Below, one piece after another: positions 12,164-28,922 of a DNA stretch of 64,000 bases. Position numbers and translations under genes: made by a program. This DNA is from the human T2T-CHM13v2.0 reference genome, Homo sapiens. Under the pieces are notes generated by a model. That model did no database searches. It was not told the DNA's origin and saw nothing but the letters and a program-made list of their open reading frames with translations. The number at the start of each line of letters is the position of its first letter. Positions within the stretch are counted from its first letter, which is position 1. Where the stretch lies: assembly GCF_009914755.1 (NCBI RefSeq), contig NC_060935.1. One strand, given 5' to 3'.

Positions 12164-14459
12164 AATAATTTCTTAATATCTAACATACTCTATGTTCTCA
12201 AGTAACTTTTATGCATATTTCTATAATCAATGTTACTAATTTATAAAAATTGTTCTAATTAAACATTCTGTTTTGTGGCAAGAGAGAAACTTGGTTCATG
12301 CTTTAACATTTAAAAAAAATCCCCAAAGAAAAGTCAAAGACACACGTAAAGAAATCAGTATAAATACTTTTTGATAAATGAAAATAGTTTTATAGTATGG
12401 CTATAAAGCTCCTTCACATATTCCGAAGACAAGTGTTTACAAGGAAAAATTAATCAGCTCAATTAAAACTACATAGCTTAAGTTTAGTAAGTTATTTATT
12501 CTCTTTTATAGGATAGTTATAGTATGATTTTGATATTCTTGGATATTACATGTAAATTCTATATCTGGGAATAGAATTGTTGAATAAGTGTACAGAAAAT
12601 AGGTATTTTATGTTACTATACAAACTTATATAAAATTTAGTTTTAAAAATATAAGCAGCTATAAAATAAATTATACATCACACCCTGAGTATATTTCCAT
12701 AGGCTTTAACATCTTAATCATTAAAGAAAATAAAAATCTCTCAATTACCACTCTTCAGAAGTTTCTAAAGAAAGTTCCTAGAAAAAAATAGATAATTTCT
12801 GTAGCTGGAGCATAATTTATGCTATTTAGAAATATTTGTCTTATTTTAAAATTTTTAAACTAAGTATTGAAGTATTGTTTTAAATCCACATACCTCTGTT
12901 ACAGATCCAGAATAATAATAACAATCATTTCCTTCCAATTATATGCACCTGTTTCTCATCTTCAACTACAATAGTAATAACAATAAATCTTAATAATCTT
13001 TGATTAAGAAGTTTCTCTTTGCCTGCCAGAGTTGTAACTTATTTAGCTCTCACAATGACCCAGTTAGTGGTATTCTGCTCATGGAGATAAGAACTGAAGC
13101 ACAGTTAACAAACTGAAAAATATTTAATGAGATTAGTGAAATGAACCATTGATAGAGGTAAAGGTTTACTTGTACCATAAAAATAACTTGGATTCCGGAA
13201 GATGATTGTGAACATTTAGTTAATTGTTTAAAATTTGATTGATGCACTTTGAAGTTGTTAATAGCAGTAATTGTACAAGTAATAATGAAAATAGTAATGC
13301 CAGTAGATTCTTAACAACATAAACATTTCTAATTTTCTTACGTGGGCTTTTTGTATTGCTCTATTTTAACCTGAGAGAAACATTAATTTTATTGTCATAG
13401 ATACTTTTTTTTCACATTTTATAGTGTAGTTGTTATATTCTAGACATGGTCATAAGCTGACTTTTAAATAAAGTGTGATATGTCTATGGCAAGAAAACAG
13501 CATTTCAATAGATGAATTTAAGCCAAAACATTTTTAGGGGGTCCAAAATAAAAGACTTCATCAATTGAACTGACCAGTTCAAGAGCTTTAATTTTTTTTT
13601 AATTCCCAAGTCACTTTTGTGTGTAAAGACATCTATAACCTACCTGACCTTGCTCCATTAATGATGTTCAGACTCCTACACACTGGAAAAGCAGCAAGTC
13701 ACTAGGGAAAAATGCTCTGCAAGTGCGGCCATTGTTCTCGCACTTCTCAACTCCCAGGTGCATGTACATACTATTTAAATAGAGTCTTATCCAGGGTGCC
13801 ACTTACTATAAATGGCTTTCTAGTTAGGCAGAGATAGCAGACCCACAGCTCTGCTCCTTAAACCGGAATAATCACAGTCAGATCTTATCACAGGATATGA
13901 CTTGAAATTTTCACATGGACTAGCCAATTCTAAGAGTTTCATAAAATTAAATTTCTTATTTAAAATCCATTATTTCGTAGAAGCCCTCGATGTTTCTTGA
14001 ACATAAATTTATTTTAGCTTGAATTACTATTTCTTGAGCCTCCTTAATCTAAGGTGGAAGAAACAAAAGAGATTAGTCAGATCTTATTGCCTATAAGAAT
14101 GTGTCTCATAGTTAACCTACTGCTTCTAGTAATAAGGATGACATTTTAGAGAAAATAGATTTACTTTTCTACCATTGTGTGTCATTGATATGAATTGATT
14201 CTGTTTGTTATTCAGTATGATCAATCAGTTAGTACTTCTTAATTATCAAGTCTGATTAAGTTTTTGCAAATATTTTAATGTGAATGGTATTCACTCATCA
14301 TGTTTCTGATGTGATGTGGTGAATTATCAAATGTGTATTAATTGGTAAGTTTAAGTAAGTGAATTTATTAAGTATTACCTAAACCAATAATTAATATCCT
14401 TCTCCAGATTGGAAACAATGAATTATCTCTCGTTGGCTTAATATCTTTCAAAGATTCAT

Positions 14460-14760
14460 TGTGTCAACCTGAGTCCTCCATGAAGGAGACACTAAAACAG
14501 ATTTAGATTTACAGGAGATTTATTAAAAGGTAACACCTGTGAAAGATAGAGGAGGAAGCGGTATAAACAGGAAAAGCTTTCAAACAACAATGATAATCTG
14601 ACGACAGTGAAAGAAGTCAGGGAGAAAGAAAGATCAGGAAGAACTATCCTCACAGTGCTGTGCAACACAGAGAAACTTTCAGTCATACTAATGGCAAGCT
14701 CTAGCCTAAAAATTGCCCCACAGGAGTCTTACCTTGAGCATAATGGCCAGACCCTGTCAC
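14460..14760 (-). mobile_element. LTR16-like ERVL LTR fragment
   Basis: GAGTCCTCCATGAAGGAGACAC...GAGATTTATTAAAAGGTAACACCTGTGAAAGATAGAGG resembles the LTR16 terminus with a minus-strand AATAAA. Confidence 0.6.
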
Positions 14761-14772
14761 TCCATGTACACT

Positions 14773-14970
14773 TGTGGTAGGCAGATAATGATCCCCCAAA
14801 TATACTCACATCCTAATTCTCAAAACTTCTGAACATGTCATGTTACATAGTAAAGGAAAATTAAAATTGCTGGTGGAATTAAAGATTCTAATCAGGTGAC
14901 CTAAAAATAGGCAGATTATTTTGTATTATCTGAGTGTTAACAATATAACCACAATAGTCCTTAAAAGGAG
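14773..14970 (+). mobile_element. MLT1D/E-like MaLR LTR, 5' part
   Basis: TGTGGTAGGCAGATAATGATCCCCCAAA...CTAATCAGGTGACCTAAAAATAGGCAGATTAT. Confidence 0.8.
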
Positions 14971-15246
14971 GCTCCAGAAAAATAGAAAACTCTCAAGTAT
15001 AAGATCGTCAATACGTAGGAACAAGGAAATATTCTGTGGGCTGTTGTTCAGAATTAACTTTGGAAATTTTAAGCAGCAGGTTCATGTACATTATCTTGTT
15101 TCTACTCTCTCACCAAATTTTTCCCTTTTTTCCTTCTTTCTTTTTTTATATATATGACCCTTCACAAACACAAAAGAAATGATACTTCTGTGATATTCTG
15201 TTTACTATGGAAATGTCCTCCTCATTTTGATTAATGCTTCTAAATA

Positions 15247-15560
15247 TGATGCAATAAAGTGACTCCATTTTTGATGTTAGATCAATGGCACGTTTCACAC
15301 CCTACACTTTCTTCTTTTCCTCTTGCCTCATATATAGGAAATCCAAAAAGAAACATTGAACGTGCTTTCCTTGGCACCAGCAGGGAAGGTCAAACCATGT
15401 AAACTCAGGCAGTAGGCAAGAGAAACTCTTACCCAATCCTAACCCCTAAACACAATAAATACCAAAGCTACAAGCCCTTCCCATTGCCTAAGCCATTTAA
15501 GGCCAGCAATGGCTGCTTTCCTCTCCCAAGAAAACATATAGAAATGCCAAAACATAATTA
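15247..15560 (+). mobile_element. Decayed ERV1-class (MER-type) LTR fragment
   Basis: GTGACTCCATTTTTGATGTT start and a later CACAATAAA. Family not determined. Confidence 0.45.
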
Positions 15561-16675
15561 TTCAAACTCTTAAGTTAGTCTCCACCATCAACCAGGCATT
15601 GTCCAGTTACCCTGAGGCCACCTGAAAGAGGAAAAAAATGTAGAAACATTAATGTTCCCTTTTTTAGAAAAGTTTAAAAATGTTCACTTATTAAATATTC
15701 TTTGGGTTATATCATAGACAGGGCTCTCTATTTTTGAATGTCTACTTAATGCATCCTAGAATACAGTAATTACTTAGATTAGAAGGATTCAAAATCAGAC
15801 AGGATCTAGTAAGTAACAGCATGAGAAACAGGTCATTAGAATTTCAGATGAAATGCTAGGAAAATATTTGACTTAGCACAAGATCTAATCTGGAATTTGT
15901 AAATACTGATGCTTTTAAAATTTGAGAGTATTATATCAATACAACTGTTAGTATAAATTTAGTTAACTTAATTTGGAATAAGAAATACATCTCTACAAAT
16001 TACCAATGGCAAAATCTTGGCAAATACTACGAGCATAGAAACATTTAGGAAAATAACAATGTTTTATTAATTATCTTCATTACTGATGCATACTCAATAT
16101 GTTACACTGATTTTTAATGCTTTTTCTTCAGAGAGAAGAAAAAGAAGTATATTTCTCTCTAGCATGATGAACCAATATTTGCTAGATTTTGTTGTTGATG
16201 CATAAGAAAGCTATCACATACATGACTAGTTTTTAGAAATGCTGTGTAAATGATTGGATTGTTATTAATGTTGGAAATTCTCTACCAAGGTTCTTTTATG
16301 AATGAGTTGTACTTACTAAGAATAAGTTTCAGCAAGCTGACTTCTGACTCCTGGTTTCTGAAAGCTGCTTTGTTTTTGTTTTACTATCTTCGTCCTTGCA
16401 GCATTGGGCACTGATGTTTATTTTCTATAAACCTTTCCTGCAACCTTGTGTCCCAAAGTGGATAACCTGACACAGTGGATGGTTGGCAATGCTGTTCTGA
16501 GAAACCATTAATACATGGGAGGAGCAATCAATAACTTAGTTATATATGGATAGAAGTGTTAGCCATATAATTATTTCTCAGACTCAAATTAAATGTTCAT
16601 TCCTAAACCACCATGCACAAGACATTTAACAGAAAACATCAGTCAGTGTAAAAAGTCATCTGCCTGAAACAGTTA

Positions 16676-17034
16676 TTACTATGGATTGAATGTGTCTTTC
16701 CAAAATTCATATGTCGAAACTCTAAAGTCCATTGTGATGATATCTGGAGATGGGGCCTTTGGAAGATAATTAGATTGTGATCATGGAGCTTCTTGATGGG
16801 ATTGATATTATTATAAGTCGAGACAGGAGAGAGCTTGCTTCTTCTCTGCTGTCTGCCATGTGAAAATACAGTAAGAAGACAGCCATTAGAAAACCAGAAA
16901 GACCTTCACAAAATATTAAATCTGCTATAAGTTTTATTTTGGACTTCTAGCCTCTAAAATTATGAGAAATAAATGCTTGCTGTCTAAGCCATCAAGTATA
17001 TGGTATATGTGTTATAACAGCCTGAAGTAAGACA
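16676..17034 (+). mobile_element. MLT1A-like MaLR solo LTR
   Basis: CTATGGATTGAATGTGTCTTTCCAAAATTCATATGTCGAAAC start and GAAATAAATGCTTGCTGTCTAAGCCA...TAAGACA end. Confidence 0.85.
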
Positions 17035-17349
17035 ATTATATCACCTATTTAAAAATTTTACAAAAATATATGACTATGTCAATAATTGCTAAGACCCCTT
17101 CAAGTGCCTTAGAAACAGCTCATAGAAGTGTGAGGCTTTGGAACTTAAATTCAAAATATTTCAATTGAAGTGAATTCTTTATTGATTTAAGAGTACATTT
17201 AAAAAGTCACTTCTTAGGTAATACTATTTATCTTATTCTTAATTTTCTCTTACAACATTCCATACTACATGTCCTCAGAAACATATGCAGTGACAAATAT
17301 ATTATTTACAGTAAAGGAACAGGCTGATTTCCAGTCTGTCTCTGGTATT

Positions 17350-18900
17350 CTTTTTTTTTCCAACATTTTTTAAAAACATTCAAACATATATGGAAGTTAA
17401 TATACGATTATAATTGTATATATGTGACCACCTGTAGTTTATCATTATACTCATCACTTAGATTTATAATTAGCATTTTAGTAAACAATTTATCTCATCT
17501 CTTTATGCATCCATCAAATATAAGTATATTGGAAAGAAAAATTGAGATATTAGTATATTCTCTTGAAACACGTCACTAATTAGTTCACTATGTTTTGTAG
17601 TCTTTTTTTAAGACCAAATTTACTTAAGTTGGAATGAAGAAATTAACATTTCTATTGACAGGGTGTGACAATTACATACACTGAACTCAAACTATTATCA
17701 AAGTAAGAATGTTGTATCATCCTAAATAGTTCTCTCTTGTCCCTACTTAGTCAGTCTCCATCCTCAGTCAGTAAGGCTAACCATTTTCATTTTTTTGTGT
17801 GTGATTATTTTTCTGCTATGAATTAGTTTTACCTAATGGAAATGCAAATACACAATATGTACTTTTTGTTTGTGATTGCACTTAGCATATATTTTTGAAA
17901 TTTATTTTTGTTGTTGCACGTATAATGAGCTCCTTTTAATTGCTCAGTAAAATTCCACTGTAAATACATATCACTGTTTACATATCAATTCTCTTGTTGA
18001 TTGACAACATTATTTTTGCTTTGTGACTATTATGAGTAAAGCTACTATCAACATTTTTGTACAAGTTTTCACTTAACCATATATTTTCATTTATGTTAAT
18101 TAAATACCTGCTAGCGGATTTGCTGGGTCATAGGAAAAATGTATGTTTAGTTTTGTAATGAACTACTAGGCTAATTCTCAAACTATGTACATTTATCTTT
18201 CCAATAGCAATGTATAAGAATTGCTGTTGTTTCATATTCTCTCAACTATTTGTTATTATGAGTTTGTTAAAGGCCATAATAGGGTATAGAATTGCGTAAC
18301 ATGATAATGTAATGTGCAATCCCTGATGTCTAATAATGTTGAGTACTTTTTTATTTGAATAATAACCATTTAGATTTATTATAATTTGTTAGTTCAATTT
18401 TTGCCCATTGCATTGGGTTTTCTCTATATGACTTAATTATAAAAGTTTATAGACACTTTTATACATCCTGGATATTAATACTTTGTGATACATGTTTTGC
18501 AAATATTTTGCCTACCTACAACTCATGAAAATATTTTCCAATGTTTTCCACTACAAACTTTATACAATTATCTTTTATATTTAGACTCATGAACCATCTA
18601 AATAATTTTGTGCGTTGTATGCAGTATCTGTCAAAAAATTTTGATGTTTGTTTAATTTCCTATGTGGAGGGATGTTCAGTTATTCCAGCAACATTTGTTG
18701 AAAAGACTTACTTTCCTTATGAAATATCTTAACTGCTTTGATTTAAAAAAAAAAGACAACTATTTAAGTATGCCTGTTTATTTGCTTTTTTCTGTTTCAT
18801 TAATTCATTTATTTTTTCACCTCATATTAATTATTGCAGCATTGTAGTTATTTGTATATTTAGCTGCTGCAATCCCTCTAACATTTCTCTTTTCAAGCTT
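17350..18900 (-). mobile_element. Very old L1 (L1MC-ME type) 3' fragment
   Basis: Decayed antisense L1 3' text (GACTATTATGAGTAAAGCTACTATCAACATT, GGATTTGCTGGGTCATAGG). Confidence 0.7.
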
Positions 18901-19571
18901 GCTTTGAACATTTTGAATAAATCATCCAGGAAAGAACACTGGTATTCAGCAGAGAAGTGCCAGGAAATATCAAAATCAAGAAAGGAGAGGGAAGTGAGGA
19001 GTCTGAATAGCTGGAATCTGCTGGGAGCCTGAGAAATTTCACAATGCGAAGAAAGGTTAAGTGAGAGAATCCCAGTGGTCCACATTTTCACGGTGGACTC
19101 CTGCAATCAGAGGCACCTGAGGTCCCCTCAACCTTCATGGGCCCTGAAACATAAAGAGTTGCCTAGAGACGGCATGACAGTTCTGCTCCAGAGAAGGAGC
19201 TAATGCTGGGTTCCCCACAATTTCCAAGTCCTAAGCAATTATAGCATGTTGCCATTTTGAGAGCCCAATCGCCAACTGACTGCTCCCCACCACGGGTTAC
19301 AGCAATGCCTGCATCTCCATCTCCCTTGATTCCCACTGGTATGCCTTAATTGCAGACACTATCATGGCTAGCTACTGCTGACCAGGATGAAGTATGAGCA
19401 AAATAACAGGCTACTGCTGCCAGGGCCAGAGGGCAAGTGAAGTATCAGCTGTCACTGCCAATGCTAAAGCATGAACCACACATGAGCTCCTGATGCCAGG
19501 GCTGAAACATGAGCAAAGCACACGTTCCTCATTTGCTTGCATATGGTTCCTGCCACTGAATGCAATAATGC

Positions 19572-20020
19572 TGATATAGTTTGAACTCGTGTCCCCCCAA
19601 AATCTCATGTTGAATGTAACCTTCAATGATGGAGGTGGGGCTTGGTGGGAGGTGATTGGATCATGGGGGTTGTTTCTAATGGTTTAACACCATCCCCCAA
19701 GTGTTTTTCTCATGATAGAGGTCTCATGAGATCAGCTTATTTAAAAGTGTGTGACACCCAACCTTTCATTCTTCCTCCTACTCCAGCTACTGACTCTCCC
19801 TTTGCCTTCTGCCATGATTGTAAGTTTCCTGAAGGCTCCTCATAACCCATCATGCTTCCTGTATGGCTTGCAGAACCATGAGCCAACTAAACCTCTTTAT
19901 TTTACAAGCTACACAGTCTGAAGTGTTTCTTTATAGCAGTGCAAGAGTTGACTAATACAGAAAATTGGTACCAAGGACTGGAGGTTGCTAAGATGTGGCA
20001 ACACCTTTGGAGTTGGCATA
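19572..20020 (+). mobile_element. MST (MaLR) LTR at 19572-19959 plus a ~60-bp internal stub
   Basis: TGATATAGTTTG...AAATCTCATGTTGAATGTAA start and ...GACTAATACA end, followed by GAAAATTGGTACCA (MST-int start). Confidence 0.88.
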
Positions 20021-20120
20021 TAAAACTCATTTCAGGGACCTGAGGCTGGGCTAACTGATACTGCTGCTACAACCACATCTGGCACCTACCTAGATGTACT
20101 ATTTTTTGGGCGAAACCTCT

Positions 20121-20428
<308 letters not shown>

Positions 20429-23400
20429 CTAAACCTCGTGGTTTTTTTTTTTGTTTTTTTTTACAAGCTACATATTCTCAGGTATTTCTTTATAGCAGTG
20501 CAAGAGTTGATTAATACAAAATTGATACCAAGGACTGGAGATTGCTAAGATGTGGCAATACCTTTGGAGTTGGCATATAGGAACTCATTTCAGGGACCTG
20601 AGGCTGGGCCAACTGACACTGCTGCTATAACCACATCTGGCACCTACCTAGATGTACAATTTGGGCCTGGGCCTGGAGACTACCTTGCCCAGCCCATCAT
20701 AGACACTACCAACATGAATGTGCACCTCTCGGGACCCAGAGAGTTACCTGTCACTACTACTGCCAAAACCCAAACCCCTTCTGTTGCCCAGAAGCTTGAG
20801 AACTCAGCCACCTGGAGGGCCCAACAATGTACTACCAAGAATCAGCTGGAGGCACAATAATTAACCTGTCTGAATCTGCTAACACTGTTGCCAGTGTACA
20901 CCACCCTGGGACCCAAGGGCAGGCACATTCACCCCACTGGTGCCACCACGGTAGTTCAGTTACTGACTCACCTTGTGTCCCAGTTCCCAGTAAAACTTCA
21001 CCACAGCCTTCATTAATGATGATGCCATAAGCCATCAAGGAAATTTCAGTCACCAAAGATGCTGTTTACAGCTGGAGAAATTATATTGAGACTACATTAC
21101 TGCACACACACACAATCAAAGTGAAGTGCCCTAATCAACCAACTGCATATATTCAACTTGAGGAAAAAGTTTTTCCCTACAACATCAAATTCATAAATTG
21201 GAAGAAGCAACTGTTACAACAGGTGCACAGATATCAATGTAAGGACAAGAAAACACGAAAAATCAAATTTGTCATCTCCAGAACACAAAATTCTTCAGAA
21301 ATAGATCCCAATCAGAAAGAAATTTATAAAATCCTAGAAAAAATAATTCAAAATATTGACTTTAAAGATCAGTGAGATACAAGAGAATACTGAAAAATAC
21401 TACAAAGAATTCAAGAGGACAATTCAGGATATATATGACAACTGTACCAATGGGAGAGATTTAATAGTAAAGAACTAAAGAGAAATTCTGAAACAAAACA
21501 AGTCATTGAATAAAATTAAAAATATACGTGAAACCTCCAATTATAGAGTAGATCAAGCACAAGAAATAATCTCAGAACTTGAAGACAGGGGTTTTGAAAC
21601 AATTCAGACAGACAAAAATGAGGGGGAAAAATAAGCAAATCCTATGTGACATATAGTACAGATAAGGTGACCAAATATTTGAGTTTTCTGAGTCCCGAAA
21701 GGCCGAGAGAAAGTAAAATGATTCAAAACCATCTATTTAATGAAATAATAGAGGAATTTTCGAAGTTTAGCAAAAGATTTAGATGTTCAGCTATACGAAG
21801 CTCAGACATTTTCAAGCAAATACAATGCAAAAAGGTCTTCTCCATGACACTTTTTAATTAAGATGTCAAAGGTAAAAGACAAAGAGAGAAATCTAAAAAG
21901 GACAAAAGCAAATGGCTAGTCACTTATAAAGAAATCCCCATCAAACTAACAGAATTTCTCAGCAGAAACCTTATAGGCCAGGAGACAATAGGATGTCATA
22001 TTCAAAGTGCTAGAAGAAAGAAACAAACAACAACAACAAACACTGCCAGCTATACCCACGTAAGTTATCTTTTGTAAGTGAAGTGTAAATGAAGTCTTTC
22101 CAAGACAGGCAAAAGCTGAGAAAAATTATTGCTGCTAGACTGACCCTAAAATAAATGCTTAAGAAAGTTCTACATCCAGAAGTGAGAGAACAAGATCTAC
22201 CACGATGAAATATTTGAAAATATAAGAACCACAGGTAGAGGGAACATACAAAGAAAAGACTCAAAAGTTAACAATACAGTAAACCACAACACTAAAATGA
22301 TACACAATAAGAGAGAAAGAAAAGAACAAAGGATGTACAAAAGAGCAGAAATCAATTAATAAAACGACAGGAGTAAACCCCCATATGTTAATAGTAACCT
22401 TAAATATAATGAATTAAACTTTCCACTTAAAAGATATAAATAGGCCAAATGGATAAAACTACATAATTCAACTATATGCTGCCTACAGTAAACTCATCTC
22501 ACCTGTAAGGACAAATAAAGGCTGAAAGTGAAAGAAAGAAAAGCAATAGTTCATGCAAATGGAAACCAATAGTGATCAGAAGTAGCTATACTTGTATTGG
22601 ACAAAACACGCTTTAAGTCAAACACTCTAAAAAGAGACAAAGAAGGTAATTTTGTAATGATAGAAGAAACAATTCAGCAAGAGGTTATAACAATTCTAAA
22701 CATGTATGTATCCAACAACAGAGCAACCAGATGTGTAAACCTACATCTAATATTATATTGAATTTTGTTGCACTGTAGGTGTTAAATATTGCAGTTTAGA
22801 ATTGTGCTGCATATTCTCATCTTTACAATAAAAAATATGTGAGCTTCAATACAATAATAGTAGGGTATTCAACACCCCACTGTTAGCATTAAGCAAATCA
22901 TATAGACAGAAAATTAATAAGAAAACATTGGATTTAAACTGCATATTTGACTCAATGGACCTAATAGACTTGTTCAGAATATTTAATTCAATATCTACAG
23001 AAAATACATTTTTTCTCATAAGCAAATAGAATATTCTTCAGTATATATCTAAGGCTAAAACTGAAGTCTCAACAAATTTTTTAGAAATTATAAATTATAT
23101 CAAGTATCTTTTGCAATCACAGTGGAATACAACTAGAAACCAATGGCGAGAGAAAACTCAGAAAATACACAAACACATGAAAGTTAAACAACACGTTCCT
23201 GAATGAGCATCATATCAATATGATAATTAAGAAGAAAATAAAAATATTCTTTGAAACAAATGAAAATTAAAACACAGCATACTAAAATAAGTGAGATTCA
23301 GCAAAAGCAGTGCTAAGAGGGAAGGTGATAGCAGTAAGTACCTACATCATAAAAGTAGAAGGATTTCAAATAAACAATATAATCATGGACTTTAAGAAAG

Positions 23401-24073
23401 TATAAAAGCAAAAACAAAGAGAATACCAAAGTATTAAAAGAAAAAAAATGAAGATCACAGCAGAGCTAAATGAAATAAAGTCAAAAAATAATGTAAAGTA
23501 TTAACAAAAGAAAAACTGGGGTTTTCTTGAAAACATAAACAAAATCAATAAACCACTTACTACATTAAACAAAGAAAAAGAGAGAAATCCCAAATAAACA
23601 ATATTAGAAATGAAAAGAAGCCATTAAATACAAAAGATCATTAGAGACTATTATGAACAACTCTATACCAACAAACTAACAAACCTAAAAAAAAAATGGA
23701 TAAATTCCTGAACACATACACTCTACCAAGATTGATTCAGAAGGTATAGAACAGACCAGTAACAAATAATGAGTAATAAAAAAGGCTCTCAACAAATAAA
23801 AGTTTAGGACTGAATGGCTTCACTGTTGAAATCTTCAAAACATTCAAATCTGCTAACACTGTTGCCAGTGTACACCACCCTGGGACCCCAGAACTAACAC
23901 CAATTCGCCTTAAAGTATTTTAAAAAGTTGAAGAGTAAAAAATTTTCTGTAATTCATTCTGCAAGGCCATTTTACTCTGACACCAAAATCAGAGAAGGAT
24001 GCAACAACAACAAAGAAAAAATTACCAGGAAATATTCCTGAAGAACATAGATGCAAAAATCCTCAATAAAATA

Positions 24074-26875
<2,802 letters not shown>

Positions 26876-27633
26876 AAGAGAAGAAAAGTAATATCCCCTG
26901 ATTAAGTAGGATTTATCCCAGATATGCAAGGATTCCATCAACATACATATCAATAAACATGATACATTACATCAGTAGAGTGAAGAACAAATAGATGCAG
27001 AGAAAGCATTTGATAAAATTCAACATCTCTTCAAGATAACAACTCTCAACAAACTAGGCAAAGAAGAAATGTACATTAACATAACAAAGGCCCCATATGA
27101 CAAACAGACAGCAAAACATATACTGAATGGACTTAATGGAAAGACGCTGGAAGACTTTCCTCTAAAAACTGAACCAAGACACAGATGTCCACTTTCACCA
27201 CTTCTATTCAACAAAGTACTGAACATCCAGAGCAATCAGGCAAGAGAAAAAAATAAAAGGCATGAAAATTGGAAAATAGGAAGTCACATTAACCCAATTT
27301 GCTGATGATATGATCTTATATCTAGAAAATCTATAAATATCTCCACAAAACTCTTAGATACGATTAATAAATTCAGTAAAGTTGCAGGATACAAAACCAT
27401 TATACAACAGTTAGCTGTATTTCTATATACCAACAATGAATTAACCAATAAAGAAATCAAGAAGGCAATCCAATTTACATTAATCTACAAGCAAAATAAA
27501 ATACCTAGGAATAAATTTAACCAAGAAGGTGAAAAATCTCTGCAAGGAAAACTGCAAAGTACTGATGAAAGGAATTGAAGAGGCGCAAACAAAAGAAAAG
27601 ACTTACTATGCTCATGGATTTAAAAATTTATAA

Positions 27634-27933
27634 TGTTGGGCACAGTAGCCCATGCCTGTAATACCAAACTTTGGGAGGCTAAGGAAGGAGGATTGCTTTA
27701 GCCAAAAATTCACAACCAGCCTGGGCAACATACTGAGATTCCATCTTTACAAAAAATAAAGTTAAAAAATGAGACAGGTGTGGTGGTGCATACCTGTAGT
27801 CCTAGTTACTCAGGAGGTTGGTTGAGAGGATCTCTTGACCCCAGGAGATCAAAGATGCAGAGAGTCATGATAATGACACTGCACTCTATCCTAAGTGACA
27901 GAGTGAGACCTTCTCTCAGAAAACAAACGAAAA
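27634..27933 (+). mobile_element. Alu (AluJ-like)
   Basis: Diverged dimeric Alu with an A-rich tail, inside L1MA ORF2. Confidence 0.9.
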
Positions 27934-28262
27934 ACTAATATCGTTAAAATGACCATACAGAACAAAGCAACCTACAGATTCAATGCAACTGATATCAAAA
28001 TATCAATGTTATTTTACACAGAATTAGAAAAAACAATCCTAAAATTTATATGGAACTAAAAAAGAGCCAAAATAGCCAAAGCAATCTTAAGCAAAAATAA
28101 CAAAGCTGGAGGCATCGCACTGCCTGACTTCAAAGCATACCATGACCAAAACAGCATGGTACTGGTATTATAGTAGATAAATACGTCAATGGAGCAGAGA
28201 ACACAGAAATAAAGCCACTTAACTACAGTCAACTCATCTTTGACAAAGTCAACAAAAGTGGA

Positions 28263-28922
28263 TTATATTGTTTAGCTCAGTGTCCCCACCCAAATCTCAT
28301 ATTGAATTGTAATCCCCATGTTTTGGAGGACGAACCTTGTGGGAGGTTATTGAGTCATGAGGGAGGACTTTCCTCTTGTTGTTCTCGTGATAGAGAGTGG
28401 GTTCTCATGAGATCTGGTTGTTTGAAAGCATGTGGTACTTCCCTCTCGCTCTCTCTCTCTCTCCTTCCACCATGTGAAAAAGGTGCTTGCTTTTCCTTCC
28501 CCTTCGGTGATGATTGTGTCTCTACACAAATCTCATCTTGAATTGTAGTCTCCTATGTTGGAGTTGGAGCCTAATGGGAGGCTATTAAGTCATGGGAGCA
28601 GATTTCTCATGAATGGTTTACCACCATCCCTTTGGTACTGAACTCATGAGAGTGAGTGAGTTCTCATGAGATCTGGTCATTTAGAAGTATGTGGCACCTT
28701 CCTTCCTCCTCTTGCTCCTGCTCTTGCCATGTGATGTGCCTCCTCCCCCTTCAGCTTTCACCATGATTGTAAGTTTCCTGAGGCCTCCTTACAAGCCCAG
28801 TAGATGCCAGCATCATGCTTCCTGTACAAACTGCAGAACTGTGAGCCAATCGAACCTCTTTTCTTTATAAATTACCTAGTCTCAGCTACTTCTTTATAGC
28901 AGTGTGAGAATGGCCTAATAGA
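28263..28922 (+). mobile_element. Composite MST LTR (partial LTR fused to a second near-complete LTR)
   Basis: The LTR start motif TGTCCCCACCCAAATCTCAT occurs at about 28281 and again as TGTCTCTACACAAATCTCAT at about 28517. There is a single 3' end (CTAATA) at about 28920. Confidence 0.85.

Noticed and set aside
6512-14760. LTR16-like fragment as the cognate LTR of the ERVL pol relic
   Set aside because: About 2.3 kb of unrelated AT-rich DNA separates them even after removing the L1, and no connecting internal sequence is visible.
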